Notes: generated by a model from the letters alone, not told the origin. DNA of 64,000 nt from Bdellovibrionales bacterium (GCA_965206675.1 CBDBKL010000005.1:40481-104480), one strand, 5' to 3'. Positions 7,898-18,067 are shown, numbered from the stretch's first letter. Numbers and translations: made by a program.

Positions 7898-8536
7898 TTA
7901 ATTATAACACATTATTTCAGTCTCTTCTATTTCCTTCTGAATATGCGAAATCCAATTTAAAATGGATTGCCTCCATTGTTTTGGGTTATCTATTTTTGCA
8001 CCTGCAATCAATAGAGCCTTTGTCACTTCTAAATGCTCATTGTGTGCAGCCCAGTAAAGAGCCGTATGTCCATATCCATTTGTTTGATGGATATCTATAT
8101 CTTTATGTTTGAGTAATATCTCTACAACAGGAGCCTGTCCATGATGTGCAGCTTGATGTAAGGGAGTTCCCAAATAACTCCAAGCATTCACATCAGCTCC
8201 CTTACTTAAAAGAAATTCAGCCACTAAGGGGTGTCCACCTATAGCTGCAAGATGTAAGGGGGTGTATCCTGAGTTCGTCCAAGCATGAATGTCTGCATTA
8301 GCATCATTAACCAGATAAATCACAATAGGTAGGTGCCCTTGAAATGACACTTCATGAAGAAGTGTGCGTCCAAAGAGTTTTCCTGGTATATTAACATCTA
8401 TACCTTCTGATTCTACTATGAATTGAACATACTCTAAATCTCCCTGTCTTCCAGCTTCAAAAAAGTCATCCGCCAATAGGGAAATAGAAAAAAGAAATAT
8501 GAAAACTGTTGTTAATGTCCTTATTTTTATCCCCAT
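7898..8536 (-). CDS. Secreted ankyrin-repeat protein
   Basis: The N-terminal signal is MGIKIRTLTTVFIFLFSISLLADD. Multiple ANK units are present (G.TLLHEVSFQGHLPIVIYLV, GYTPLHLAAIGGHPLVAEFLLSKGADVN, GTPLHQAAHHGQAPVVEILL, GHTALYWAAHNEHLEVTKALLIAGA). Confidence 0.85.
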   Translation of the reverse strand: MGIKIRTLTTVFIFLFSISLLADDFFEAGRQGDLEYVQFIVESEGIDVNIPGKLFGRTLLHEVSFQGHLPIVIYLVNDANADIHAWTNSGYTPLHLAAIGGHPLVAEFLLSKGADVNAWSYLGTPLHQAAHHGQAPVVEILLKHKDIDIHQTNGYGHTALYWAAHNEHLEVTKALLIAGAKIDNPKQWRQSILNWISHIQKEIEETEIMCYN

Positions 8537-8767
8537 AAAACTTTCTACAAAATTTTTTTAAATCACAATGGTTCCTGATGACCTTGTGAACTTAATAAGA
8601 TTTTTAATTGGGTTAATATCGTAATGAGGTTGATATATTATATTGCTAAGGTTTACTCCAGAGGAAAAAATAGTTTATTGCATAAGATGAATTCTATAAG
8701 AGAAAGTGCTTCAATTTTCTGTTCGTTTTGAAAGATTGTATATATTTCTTACAAAAGTCCGCCGATA

Positions 8768-9721
8768 TTATGAGCTATAACAGGACATTTCCAACTCTTT
8801 TTCGATTGATTCTGCAATATCAGGAAAGCGGAGTTTTGCAATATCCCGAGGGGTTTGGTTGTTTTCGTTTGGTATATTCATTCTTGCGCCAGTTTGAATC
8901 AATAGACTTAATATTGCCTTGTCTATGGGTTGGGAAGATATTTGGTGCGCAGGCGTTTCATTGAAGTTGTTTTGAGCATTAATATCAATATAGTCTTTGT
9001 ACTCTAAAAGTGCTTTTACAGCTTTAAAATTAGAAGCAGCTACGGCATCATGTAGAGCTGTATTTCCATTTACATCTTTGGCCGTTATGAGTTCCCTCAT
9101 AGCTTGTTTTCTCTTTGTTTCATCGGACTTGCTGACGTCTATTAATAAGATTCTAATGATCTCTTCAACGGTATGTTGGTCAGCTTTCATTGCGATATGC
9201 AGAGCCGTTTTACCAGATTTTGTTCGTATGAGTATGTCTGCCCATCGACTTAAAAGAGTTCGTATAACTGGTAAATTATTCCTCTGTATGGCTACGTGAA
9301 GTGGTGTCAAACCGTCTCTATTGAGAGCATTGATGTCTGCGTCTTTGTCTATAAGAGCATTTGCAATGCGAGGGTCTTGACTAAAGGCAACCATGTGCAG
9401 TGGTGTTAAGCCTGTATTATTCCAAGCATTCACATCAGCACCACTAGCGAGCAAAAAAATAACAATGTGTAAGTGTCCGTGAAAGGAAGCATTGTGTAGG
9501 CCCGTCCACCCTTGTAGGTCTAGATGGTTTATGACGGGAGGGGTTCTATCTGAGTAGTTATCTATAAAATTCCTAACCAATTTGAGATTACCACTTTTTG
9601 TAGCATCAAAATATCGGCGCGCATCCATGCGAAATTGTAAATCTTCTTTTGATAAGGGTTGTTGTGGTGTATTGGAAAATGTGGAAAAGGAAAAGAATAG
9701 GAGAAATAGAAAAGCTCTCAT
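8768..9721 (-). CDS. Secreted ankyrin-repeat protein (larger paralog)
   Basis: AGGAAGGAAAAG precedes the ATG at 9721. The signal peptide is MRAFLFLLFFSFSTFSNT. There are at least 6 ANK units (GWTGLHNASFHGHLHIVIFLLASGADVN, GLTPLHMVAF, GLTPLHVAIQRNNLPVIRTLL, GKTALHIAMK, GNTALHDAVAASNFKAVKALL). Confidence 0.85.
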   Translation of the reverse strand: MRAFLFLLFFSFSTFSNTPQQPLSKEDLQFRMDARRYFDATKSGNLKLVRNFIDNYSDRTPPVINHLDLQGWTGLHNASFHGHLHIVIFLLASGADVNAWNNTGLTPLHMVAFSQDPRIANALIDKDADINALNRDGLTPLHVAIQRNNLPVIRTLLSRWADILIRTKSGKTALHIAMKADQHTVEEIIRILLIDVSKSDETKRKQAMRELITAKDVNGNTALHDAVAASNFKAVKALLEYKDYIDINAQNNFNETPAHQISSQPIDKAILSLLIQTGARMNIPNENNQTPRDIAKLRFPDIAESIEKELEMSCYSS

Positions 9722-9912
9722 CTTTTCCTTCCTATAGTTTTGTTTTTTTGCACCAAGGCCCCGTTTCTTTGAAAACGATTCTTTTGTATTAAACTTTTTT
9801 ATAAAGAATATACGTCCCACTTTATTATTAAAGGAGGGACTAATATTGCTTTAATTTTTTATTACTTGCGTTCCCCTTTTATCAGTTAAGTCATAGTAAA
9901 TTTTTTGTCAGT

Positions 9913-11331
9913 TTAAATTGTCATAAATATTAAATTAACACTTTTTGCATTTTGTACTTTCAACATATTCAGTCCTTTTTGTAATTGCTTGGAGATATCA
10001 GAGACAGACTTTACGGTCTTTTTATTGACATCTAAAATAAGATCTCCTTTTCTAATACCAGAGCGGGCAGCTGGGCTGTTGGTCACCACATCCACAACGA
10101 TAGGGCGTCGAGGGGCTGATCGAGGAAGGTCATACTTATTGGCTTCTCGACGGTTGAAGTTGATAATTTTTAGTCCCGCTTTAGAGAGTAATCCTGTTTT
10201 CTTTTTAGATGATTTTTTAGATCTTCTTGCAATATTTTCTACTTGATTTTCACCAACCTTAATTCTAAGCGTTTTTCTTTTGCCCTCACGATAAATGGTA
10301 ATTTGAGTTTCTTTTCCTACGGGAGTGACGGCAACTGTATTGCTAAGGTCATGAAAGTTTTCAATCTTTTTATTATTAAACTTTACGATAACATCATAGG
10401 GTCTTAAGCCAGATTTTTTAGCGGGACTATTGGGGGAGACTTCCATAATCACAGTTCCATAATCCACAGGTAACCCCAGTGCGGATTGGATTCTTGCGTT
10501 CACATTGTTAACAGAAACTCCTATGTGTCCACGCCTAACCCTTCCAAACTTTTTCAACTGAGGAATCAGCTCTTTGACATAATCAATGGGAATGGCAAAT
10601 CCAATTCCTTGAGCGCGAGCATCAATGGCGGTATTGACACCAATGACATGTCCTCGTGTATTGACAAGAGGTCCTCCGGAATTGCCGGGATTAATGCTCG
10701 CATCCGTTTGCAGAAAAGGCACAATGTTGAGTTCGTCAATATGTCTTCCCTTTGCTGAAACAATACCTTTTGACATAGAAAATGTATGTCCATAGGGATT
10801 ACCAAAGGCAGCAACCCATTCGCCAACTTGAACATTTTTGCTAGAGCCAAGTCTTAATGTAGGAAGTTTCACATCTGTTTCTATTTGAATAAGAGCAACG
10901 TCGGTTTTGGGGTCTCGTCCAATCACCTTTGCTGGGAAAGATTTGTCAGGGTACTTTTGGAGTTGCACTTCAATCTCATCGGCCATTTCAATCACATGAT
11001 TGTTGGTTACAGCTAATCCATTTGACTCGATAATAAAACCACTTCCTACAGGTCTAGCCTTTTGTTTTTGTTCAGGCTTTCTCAAATTAGGGCCAAAAAA
11101 TTCTTCTAGAAAATTAAAAAAAGGATCATTTTGGGGATAACTTCTACCCAATGTGCGCTGTTGAAAAGAAATAGAAACACTCACAACGGCTGGGTTAACA
11201 GTTTTTGCCATCTTGATAAAAAGATTTTGAGGAAGGGGGTCACTTGATGAACTAAACACAGAAGTCGGCTTTTGTGTTATGAAAAAAATTGAAAGAAAAG
11301 AAATGCTTATCAGAATTACTGTTTTCTTCAT
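9913..11331 (-). CDS. htrA: Periplasmic serine endoprotease, DegP/HtrA family (trypsin-like domain plus two PDZ)
   Basis: A signal peptide is present. The catalytic triad context reads TNNHV, DVALIQ and GNSGGPLVN. Two PDZ-like C-terminal regions follow. Confidence 0.9.
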   Translation of the reverse strand: MKKTVILISISFLSIFFITQKPTSVFSSSSDPLPQNLFIKMAKTVNPAVVSVSISFQQRTLGRSYPQNDPFFNFLEEFFGPNLRKPEQKQKARPVGSGFIIESNGLAVTNNHVIEMADEIEVQLQKYPDKSFPAKVIGRDPKTDVALIQIETDVKLPTLRLGSSKNVQVGEWVAAFGNPYGHTFSMSKGIVSAKGRHIDELNIVPFLQTDASINPGNSGGPLVNTRGHVIGVNTAIDARAQGIGFAIPIDYVKELIPQLKKFGRVRRGHIGVSVNNVNARIQSALGLPVDYGTVIMEVSPNSPAKKSGLRPYDVIVKFNNKKIENFHDLSNTVAVTPVGKETQITIYREGKRKTLRIKVGENQVENIARRSKKSSKKKTGLLSKAGLKIINFNRREANKYDLPRSAPRRPIVVDVVTNSPAARSGIRKGDLILDVNKKTVKSVSDISKQLQKGLNMLKVQNAKSVNLIFMTI

Positions 11332-11337
11332 ATATCC

Positions 11338-11598
11338 TCAGTCTTTCTTTGGTGTATTTTTTTGAGCTTCAATAAATTTTAATTGAAGATCGGCAATAAT
11401 TTTTTCTAAAAGCTGTTTTTCATCCTCTGTTAAATTACCTTTGGTTTTTTCATGTAGTTGTATAAGGAGATCAATATTAAATTGTGCGACAGGAATGTTT
11501 TGCTCCATTTTTCCCGTTTGTGGATTATTTTCTATTCCTAATGCAATGGCGGCAGAAGAGCCAATAGATAAGATTAAAGTTGAAAGAGAGGCTTCCAT
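11338..11598 (-). CDS. DUF1844-like small protein
   Basis: LSIGSSAAIALGIENNPQTGKMEQNIPVAQFNIDLLIQLHEKTKGNLTEDEKQLLEKIIADLQLKF matches my recollection of the DUF1844 pattern (IDLL..L.EKTKGNL..EE). Its stop lies 6 nt before the htrA start. Confidence 0.6.
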   Translation of the reverse strand: MEASLSTLILSIGSSAAIALGIENNPQTGKMEQNIPVAQFNIDLLIQLHEKTKGNLTEDEKQLLEKIIADLQLKFIEAQKNTPKKD

Positions 11599-11609
11599 AA
11601 AAACTCCTT

Positions 11610-12506
11610 TTAAATAGGGAATTCACCCATTAGATTTTGAATTCTACTTTCTACCGTAGGTTGATGAAAAGACCAAGTAGATTGCATGTTGGGGTGAATA
11701 ATAAAGTAATGAGCGGCCTGAGGAAGGATGGGTAGTTGTTTCTTAAAAGAATAAGATTTTAACTTCCAAAGCACATGGGCCAAAGTTTCGGGTTCATTTG
11801 TGAGTCTTGAGGCCAGTAAATCAGATTTATAAAATGTTGATGGGTTGACAAATGATTTTAGCAGGGTGCGTGATAAAGGAGTGATGAGTTTTTGAATTAT
11901 AGAGATTTTATGTTCTTTTTGAAAAATTCTATAGAAGAAAAAGATGTGATTAAGAAAGGCATCCATCCCCGAGCTTAAACTGTACAGCATAAATAAGCCA
12001 AACCCCGCTATGTTAAAGGATAATGTTTTTTGTAAAGAAATGCGTGCAAATTCATGTGAAAGGATTGCAAGAATTTCTCTTTGGGAAAAAGTGTCAATGG
12101 CTCCGCGGGAAATATAAATCTGACTTATTTTTGAATTTCGAGAAATAGAAAAAGAAGTCGGTGTTGCAACTTCGAGTATATAGAGAGAAGGTTTTTTGAT
12201 ATTGGCTTTAGAGGATAATTTTTTGATTTTGTCGCCTAAACCCCATGGATCAGCTCCTTCAAGTGGGGTTGAGGGAAAAAGTTTTGTTATGTAAAGTTCT
12301 GGAAAGAAGTAAACACAACCCATGACTAACATTGCAAAGAGGCTACCTGCAATAAGCCCTGAGCGTTCCCCTAAAGCATAACCTATGAGCAGGCAAAAGA
12401 GTGGGAAAAGAAAAAAGAGAAGGAATGTGTCTTTTAATGCCTCAAGCCTCATACGTTGAATCAGACTAATTCGTGGAAAGTGGGGAGTCAAATTATTGCT
12501 TTGCAT
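11610..12506 (-). CDS. Membrane protein, HtpX/M48-like peptidase fold with degenerate zinc motif
   Basis: There are two N-terminal TM segments, then a peptidase-like region and further TMs, as in HtpX. The expected HExxH position reads ILSHEFARI (HEFAR), so the second His is replaced by Arg. Confidence 0.5.
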   Translation of the reverse strand: MQSNNLTPHFPRISLIQRMRLEALKDTFLLFFLFPLFCLLIGYALGERSGLIAGSLFAMLVMGCVYFFPELYITKLFPSTPLEGADPWGLGDKIKKLSSKANIKKPSLYILEVATPTSFSISRNSKISQIYISRGAIDTFSQREILAILSHEFARISLQKTLSFNIAGFGLFMLYSLSSGMDAFLNHIFFFYRIFQKEHKISIIQKLITPLSRTLLKSFVNPSTFYKSDLLASRLTNEPETLAHVLWKLKSYSFKKQLPILPQAAHYFIIHPNMQSTWSFHQPTVESRIQNLMGEFPI

Positions 12507-12590
12507 AAATTAATGCAGGATTCTATGAGTATGAATGTTTTCAGGGATTGGCCGTGTTATTATGAAGTCTTTTGAGAGGGAGGGGTATTT

Positions 12591-13580
12591 ATGTCAACAG
12601 AAGCACATGTACTGACGGAGAAAGTGAACCAGGAAAGTCAGTGTGTTGATCGGGTTTTAAGTGAAGTTTCCAAAGTTGTCATTGGTCAAAAGGAGATGTT
12701 AGAGGGCATCTTAATAGGTCTTTTTACGGGCGGACACATTCTTTTAGAGGGCGTTCCGGGTCTTGCAAAAACTCTTACTATTTCATCCATTTCAAAATCT
12801 ATTTCTCTTGATTTTCAAAGAGTGCAATTTACCCCTGACCTTTTACCCTCAGATTTAATTGGTACAATGATTTTTAATCAGAAAACAGGTGAATTTGCTC
12901 CAAAGAAAGGTCCTATTTTTACAAATATTGTATTGGCTGATGAGATCAATAGAGCTCCAGCTAAGGTACAGAGTGCTCTTTTAGAGGCTATGTCTGAAAA
13001 GCAGGTGACCATTGGGGAAACATCTTATCCTTTACCTCCCCCATTTTTGGTTTTAGCTACGCAAAATCCTCTAGAACAGGAGGGAACTTATCCTCTGCCG
13101 GAAGCGCAACTGGATAGATTTATGTTTAAAATTCTAGTGGATTATCCTCAGAAGGCTGAAGAAATGCAAATTTTAGAAAGTATGTCTCGAGGACATATGC
13201 ACGATATTCAACCTGTTCTCTCTGCAGAAGATCTGAGCAGGATCACTAAAATTGTAAATGAAATTTACGTTGATGATAAAATCAGTCATTACATTGTTGA
13301 TATTGTTATGGCGACAAGAAAACCAAGTGAATATGGGTTAAAGCGAATTGATAATCTCATTCAGGTGGGAGGGTCTCCGAGGGCTACTATTGCTTTAACA
13401 AGAGCTGCGATGGCTCATGCTTTTATTAAAAAACGAAGTTACGTAACAGCTAATGATGTAAAGGCTGTTGCCTATGAGGTTCTCAGGCACCGCTTAATTT
13501 TGACTTACGAAGCCGAAGCCGAAGAGGTTCAGTCTGATTTTGTTATTTCAGAAATACTTCAACAAATAGAGGTGTCTTAG
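12591..13580 (+). CDS. moxR: MoxR-family AAA+ ATPase
   Basis: Walker A is GVPGLAKT and Walker B/sensor is LADEINRAPAKVQSALLEAMSE..VT. LVLATQNPLEQEGTYPLPEAQLDRF is typical of the MoxR/RavA class. Confidence 0.92.
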   Translation: MSTEAHVLTEKVNQESQCVDRVLSEVSKVVIGQKEMLEGILIGLFTGGHILLEGVPGLAKTLTISSISKSISLDFQRVQFTPDLLPSDLIGTMIFNQKTGEFAPKKGPIFTNIVLADEINRAPAKVQSALLEAMSEKQVTIGETSYPLPPPFLVLATQNPLEQEGTYPLPEAQLDRFMFKILVDYPQKAEEMQILESMSRGHMHDIQPVLSAEDLSRITKIVNEIYVDDKISHYIVDIVMATRKPSEYGLKRIDNLIQVGGSPRATIALTRAAMAHAFIKKRSYVTANDVKAVAYEVLRHRLILTYEAEAEEVQSDFVISEILQQIEVS

Positions 13581-13581
13581 T

Positions 13582-14460
13582 TTGGGTATTCCTGCAGAGA
13601 TTTTAAAACAAGTACGAATGATAGAATTACACACGCGTAAACTTGTTAATAATATTTTTGTTGGTGAGTATCACACGGCTTTTCGCGGTCAAGGAATGAC
13701 CTTTGCGGATTTTAGAGAATATGTTCATGGTGATGATGTTCGTAATATTTCCTGGACACTATCGGCCCGATCTGGAAAACCATATATTAAGCTGTATGAA
13801 GAAGAGCGTGAGTTGACTCTCATTTTAGCTGTGGATGTAAGTGGGTCGGGAGATTTTGGGTCTAATGAGTTTTTTAAAGGAGAAGTTATCACTCACATTG
13901 CAGCTATACTGGGATTTAGTGCAATTAAAAATAACGATCAAGTGGGTCTACTTATGTTCTCAGATATTGTAGAACATTATGTTCCTCCTAAAAAAGGGAG
14001 AGGCCATATTCATCGTATTCTCAGAGACCTTTTGTATTTTAAACCTGTCAATCGTAAAACGAATATCTCAGCAGGACTTGAGTATTTACAGGGTGTTCTT
14101 AAAAAACGTGCGACTATTTTTATGTTGAGTGATTTTTTTGATGATGGTTTTGGTGTGCGATTGAAACAGGTCGCTAGGAAACATGATACCACTGCCATTG
14201 TGGTTCGAGATCCCACTGAATTGGAAATTCCCAAAATAGGACTTGTTGATCTTCAAGATGCAGAAACTGGAGATATAGTAACTGTTGATACTTCCAATTT
14301 TTTATTTCAAAGGCATTATAAAGAGACTGTTAAAAAGAAGAATTTAGCCAGAGAGGAGGAGCTTCGGAAATCGGCCGTAGATGTTGTGAATATCACTGTT
14401 GGTAAAGACTATACTCAACCTCTTATTGAATATTTTAAAAAGAGAGCTCGAAGTGGCTAA
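13582..14460 (+). CDS. DUF58 (VWA-like) protein, MoxR partner
   Basis: A TTG start lies 1 nt after the moxR stop. The motif FADFREYVHGDDVRNISW and a VWA-like DVSGS are present, in the conserved position after moxR. Confidence 0.85.
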   Translation: MGIPAEILKQVRMIELHTRKLVNNIFVGEYHTAFRGQGMTFADFREYVHGDDVRNISWTLSARSGKPYIKLYEEERELTLILAVDVSGSGDFGSNEFFKGEVITHIAAILGFSAIKNNDQVGLLMFSDIVEHYVPPKKGRGHIHRILRDLLYFKPVNRKTNISAGLEYLQGVLKKRATIFMLSDFFDDGFGVRLKQVARKHDTTAIVVRDPTELEIPKIGLVDLQDAETGDIVTVDTSNFLFQRHYKETVKKKNLAREEELRKSAVDVVNITVGKDYTQPLIEYFKKRARSG

Positions 14461-15307
14461 ACGTTTAGAAGAATTGAATTCTGTGAATTGGAAATGTGAT
14501 TTTCAAGGCCCTCCAAATATCACTGTGGGAACGGTTTTTCAGTTATCTTGTTATGGCAAGGTTGTAAATTTAGATTTTAAAAATTTAAAGTTTATTTTAT
14601 CTAAGGAAGAAGCATATAAGATAAAACTATTAGAAGTTGTTCGATCAGAGGAGAACCTTGGCGAGTTTCTTGTCACCAGCTATAAGACAGGTCAGTATAA
14701 TAATGAAACTCTCTTATTAACAGATGGCGTAAATACATTGCGATTGGGTCCTATAAACTGGACTGTCAAATCTGTCTTAAATGCAAAAGAAGAGCCTAAG
14801 ATGTTTCCTCCCTATGAACCTCTGTCTCTTCAATACCCTTTTTGGTTATGGGTCGTTTTAGTTGTAGGTTTCCTTATTCCCATGGTGATGGGGATAAGAA
14901 TGTATAAATATCGACGGCGACGAAATAAAATAAAGGAAAAACTAGAAAAGGAAAACCAATCACATCCTCCATTTCAAATTTTACATAGGGAATTTAGAAA
15001 GTTAGATCGCCAAATTTTTTATCAAGAAATATCATCGAATCAGTATCTTACAGAGTTAAATCGTATTTTGAAAAATTATATTGTTCATGAGTTAATTCTT
15101 CCTATTGATGAATGGAAAACAAGTGATGTGTTATCTGAGATTAAAAAAAATCATATATCTCTCTTTAAGAAAGAGGGCCGTAAGATTAAGCGGATGTTTC
15201 ATGAAATAGAAAGAGCTACCTCTCTTACAAATAAGGATATAGAGCAGGTGCGAAAAATGTGTCTCTTGAGGACAGAAGAAATTTATAATTTCGCCAGAAA
15301 AAGGTAA
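14453..15307 (+). CDS. Single-pass membrane protein of the Bat operon (DUF4381-like position)
   Basis: A central TM, FWLWVVLVVGFLIPMVMGI, is followed by a basic stretch, RMYKYRRRRNK. The gene sits between DUF58 and the first VWA gene, as in MoxR/Bat operons. The start is ambiguous: GTG at 14453 overlaps the DUF58 stop, and the track start at 14399 is also possible. Confidence 0.55.
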   Translation: MAKRLEELNSVNWKCDFQGPPNITVGTVFQLSCYGKVVNLDFKNLKFILSKEEAYKIKLLEVVRSEENLGEFLVTSYKTGQYNNETLLLTDGVNTLRLGPINWTVKSVLNAKEEPKMFPPYEPLSLQYPFWLWVVLVVGFLIPMVMGIRMYKYRRRRNKIKEKLEKENQSHPPFQILHREFRKLDRQIFYQEISSNQYLTELNRILKNYIVHELILPIDEWKTSDVLSEIKKNHISLFKKEGRKIKRMFHEIERATSLTNKDIEQVRKMCLLRTEEIYNFARKR

Positions 15308-15311
15308 AAGA

Positions 15312-16316
15312 ATGACTTGGAAAGATCCTATATTTTTTGTTTTTATTTTATTTTTAATCGGCTCGGCGGTTTGGTTATTAATAGATCGAAAACCGAGGCG
15401 TCCGAGTTTACAATTCAGTCATATTGCCATTTTTAAAAATATCTCGCCCAGTTTAAGATCACAACTCTCTCCCCTGGTTGCCGTTTTAAAGTTTATAAGC
15501 CTTATTCTAATGATTTTCGCTTTAGCACGCCCACAAACATCTGAAGTAAAGGTTAAGAAAAATGTTGAAGGCATTGATATTGTTATTAGCTTGGATATCT
15601 CAGATAGCATGTTGATTGAAGATATGAAACCAGTGAATCGTTTAGAGGCTGCAAAAAAAGTGGCTTACGATTTTGTTAAAGGACGCACTTCTGATCGTAT
15701 AGGTCTTGTTTTATTTTCTGGAGAAGCATTTACAAAAGTACCTCCTACTTTGGATTATAAAGTTTTTCTCCAGAGTTTAGAATCTGTTGAAGTGACTCGT
15801 AATGTGAAGATGGGAACGGCTATAGGAGTTGCCCTTGCAAATTCAGTGGCACGATTGAGAGAATTGGAGACTGAGAGCCAAGTTATTATATTTCTTACTG
15901 ACGGTGAAAATAATAGTGGCACGATAGATCCGTTAACAGCACTAGAAATAGCAAAAGGTTATGGAATACGTGTTTATACAATTGGTGTTGGTGTAGATGG
16001 GATGGCACAGTTGCCAACATTTTATACGGATATATTTGGTAATAGACAAAAGCGTTATCAACCTATGCACAGTAAAGTGAATGATGAGTTACTCTCAAAG
16101 ATCGCAAGGGATACGGGAGGTAAATATTATAGAGCCACAAATACAAAAACTTTAGAGAATGTTTTTTCTGAAATAGATCGTATTGAAAAAACAAAAATAG
16201 AAACACATCAATATACAAAATATATAGAGCTTTTTCCCAAGTATTTAAAATGGGCAATTTTTTTCTATTTATTGGCTTTTGGTTTTGAACGTATTCTGTT
16301 GAGAAGGGGGCCATAG
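15312..16316 (+). CDS. batA: VWA-domain membrane protein, BatA-like
   Basis: An N-terminal TM pair and a VWA MIDAS motif (LDISDSM) are present, with TDGENNSG, a C-terminal TM and the BatA-like context. Confidence 0.8.
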   Translation: MTWKDPIFFVFILFLIGSAVWLLIDRKPRRPSLQFSHIAIFKNISPSLRSQLSPLVAVLKFISLILMIFALARPQTSEVKVKKNVEGIDIVISLDISDSMLIEDMKPVNRLEAAKKVAYDFVKGRTSDRIGLVLFSGEAFTKVPPTLDYKVFLQSLESVEVTRNVKMGTAIGVALANSVARLRELETESQVIIFLTDGENNSGTIDPLTALEIAKGYGIRVYTIGVGVDGMAQLPTFYTDIFGNRQKRYQPMHSKVNDELLSKIARDTGGKYYRATNTKTLENVFSEIDRIEKTKIETHQYTKYIELFPKYLKWAIFFYLLAFGFERILLRRGP

Positions 16317-18067
16317 TGCTGTTTAGATTTTCAAACCCTGAATACTTTAATGTTATCTTGATAGCAATTGGTATAGCTATTTTGGCGTTCATCTTTATGA
16401 AGAAAAGTAATAAGAATATAAAAAAGGCCTTTGGAGAAAAACTCTCTCAGTATTTAACTCATTCTCGATCACTTTCTAAAAGGTATTGGAAATTATCTCT
16501 AGAAGTCTGTGTTGTTATTTTAGCTGTTATAGCTTGGGCTAGGCCACAATTTGGAGATTCTGAAATAGAAATTAAAAATGTCGGGATAGAACTTATTCTG
16601 GCTATTGATGTTTCTTCTTCTATGTTGACTGAAGATGTGAGTCCAAACCGACTAGAACATGCTAAGCAGGAGTTGCACAGACTTTTAAGTTATTTGAAAG
16701 GTGATAAAGTGGGGCTTGTGGCTTTTGCTGGATCTGCAGCGTTGGTTTCTCCTATGACGAGTGACTATTCTGCTATTCGTATATTTTTAGATTCATTGAC
16801 AACGCATTCTGTGAGCACACAGGGAACAAATTTTAAATCAGCATTACAAGTTGCTGTGACATCCTTAGAGCAAGGAGGAGGGGGACTGGAAGATGGTGAA
16901 GTGACATCCAAAGCTATTATTCTAGCTTCAGATGGGGAGGAAACAGAGGCTAAGGTTATATCTTATGTTGATGAATTGTCTAAAAAGGGAATACGAGTTT
17001 TTACTTTAGGCTTTGGAACTTTAAAGGGTGGCCCTATTCCGGATAAAGATTCCGAAGATCGTCTAATAGGATATAAGAAAAATAAAGATGGTGAAATTGT
17101 CCTTTCTACAGCGAAGAGTGAAGCTTTGGCAGCCATTGCAAGAGCGGGTAAGGGGGGATATTATCAAGCTGATTTCACCGGAGAATCTGTGAAGTCAATT
17201 GTTACAGATATTCAAAAGATGGAGAAGACCGAGTTTGATGTGCAAATGGCAACGGATTACGATGAAAAGTATCAATGGCCATTGTTTTTTGCATTTTTAT
17301 TGGGCTGGATTGAATTTTTATTAATTGAGCGTCGAAGGGGTCAAAAGTTTTGGAAGGGGCGTTTTGTCAGTTGTTTCTTGCTTGTTTTTTTCTTTATAAG
17401 GGTTTCTGAAGGAAAAGAGGCTTGGAAAACTATTTATGAAAATAATAAGGCTGTTGAATTATTAAAGGAGAAGAAAAACTATCAAGCTCATGAGAAGTTA
17501 ATGGATGCCTTGGTGGATAGTCCTCTATCTCCTTCTTTGCATTACAATTTAGGACATTCTTTTTATCAAAATAAAAATTTTGATGAAGCTATGAAGGAGT
17601 TTGAGAGTACTGGTAAAATGACAGATGATAAGGATATTCAGTTTAAAGCCTTATTTAATGCAGCGGACAGTGCTGTTCGGAAAGAGGATATGGATAGGGC
17701 TTTAGAGTACTATCAGTTGGCTTTAAAATTAAAACCAGATTCTTTAGAGGTGAAGACAAATATAGAACTTCTTATGGCAAAGAGACAGCAGAGTCAGGAA
17801 AATAATCAGGATAAAAAAGAGGGTGAAGGAAAAGGGAAGGGAGAAAATGAGTCTTCAGAAAGAAAACAGAAACAAGAAGAGGGTTCGTCTCGTGAACAGA
17901 GAAAAAAAACTGAGAGTAAGGAACAATTTAAGAGCAAGGAATTGACAACTAAAGATGTTGAAAAGATTCTGGAAGAATTAAAACGGCAGGAGGGAAAAGT
18001 TCGTGGCAAGTTTATGGAGGGGGAGCAGAAAAAAGCAGGGAAACAATTTATTGAAAAAGATTGGTAG
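16316..18067 (+). CDS. batB: VWA plus TPR membrane protein, BatB/BatC-like fusion with Lys/Glu-rich tail
   Basis: A GTG start overlaps the batA stop by 1 nt. MIDAS is IDVSSSM, with SDGEETE. TPR-like repeats (YNLGHSFYQNKNFDEAMKEFE, ALEYYQLALKLKPDS) and a C-terminal KE-rich low-complexity segment follow. Confidence 0.8.
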   Translation: MLFRFSNPEYFNVILIAIGIAILAFIFMKKSNKNIKKAFGEKLSQYLTHSRSLSKRYWKLSLEVCVVILAVIAWARPQFGDSEIEIKNVGIELILAIDVSSSMLTEDVSPNRLEHAKQELHRLLSYLKGDKVGLVAFAGSAALVSPMTSDYSAIRIFLDSLTTHSVSTQGTNFKSALQVAVTSLEQGGGGLEDGEVTSKAIILASDGEETEAKVISYVDELSKKGIRVFTLGFGTLKGGPIPDKDSEDRLIGYKKNKDGEIVLSTAKSEALAAIARAGKGGYYQADFTGESVKSIVTDIQKMEKTEFDVQMATDYDEKYQWPLFFAFLLGWIEFLLIERRRGQKFWKGRFVSCFLLVFFFIRVSEGKEAWKTIYENNKAVELLKEKKNYQAHEKLMDALVDSPLSPSLHYNLGHSFYQNKNFDEAMKEFESTGKMTDDKDIQFKALFNAADSAVRKEDMDRALEYYQLALKLKPDSLEVKTNIELLMAKRQQSQENNQDKKEGEGKGKGENESSERKQKQEEGSSREQRKKTESKEQFKSKELTTKDVEKILEELKRQEGKVRGKFMEGEQKKAGKQFIEKDW

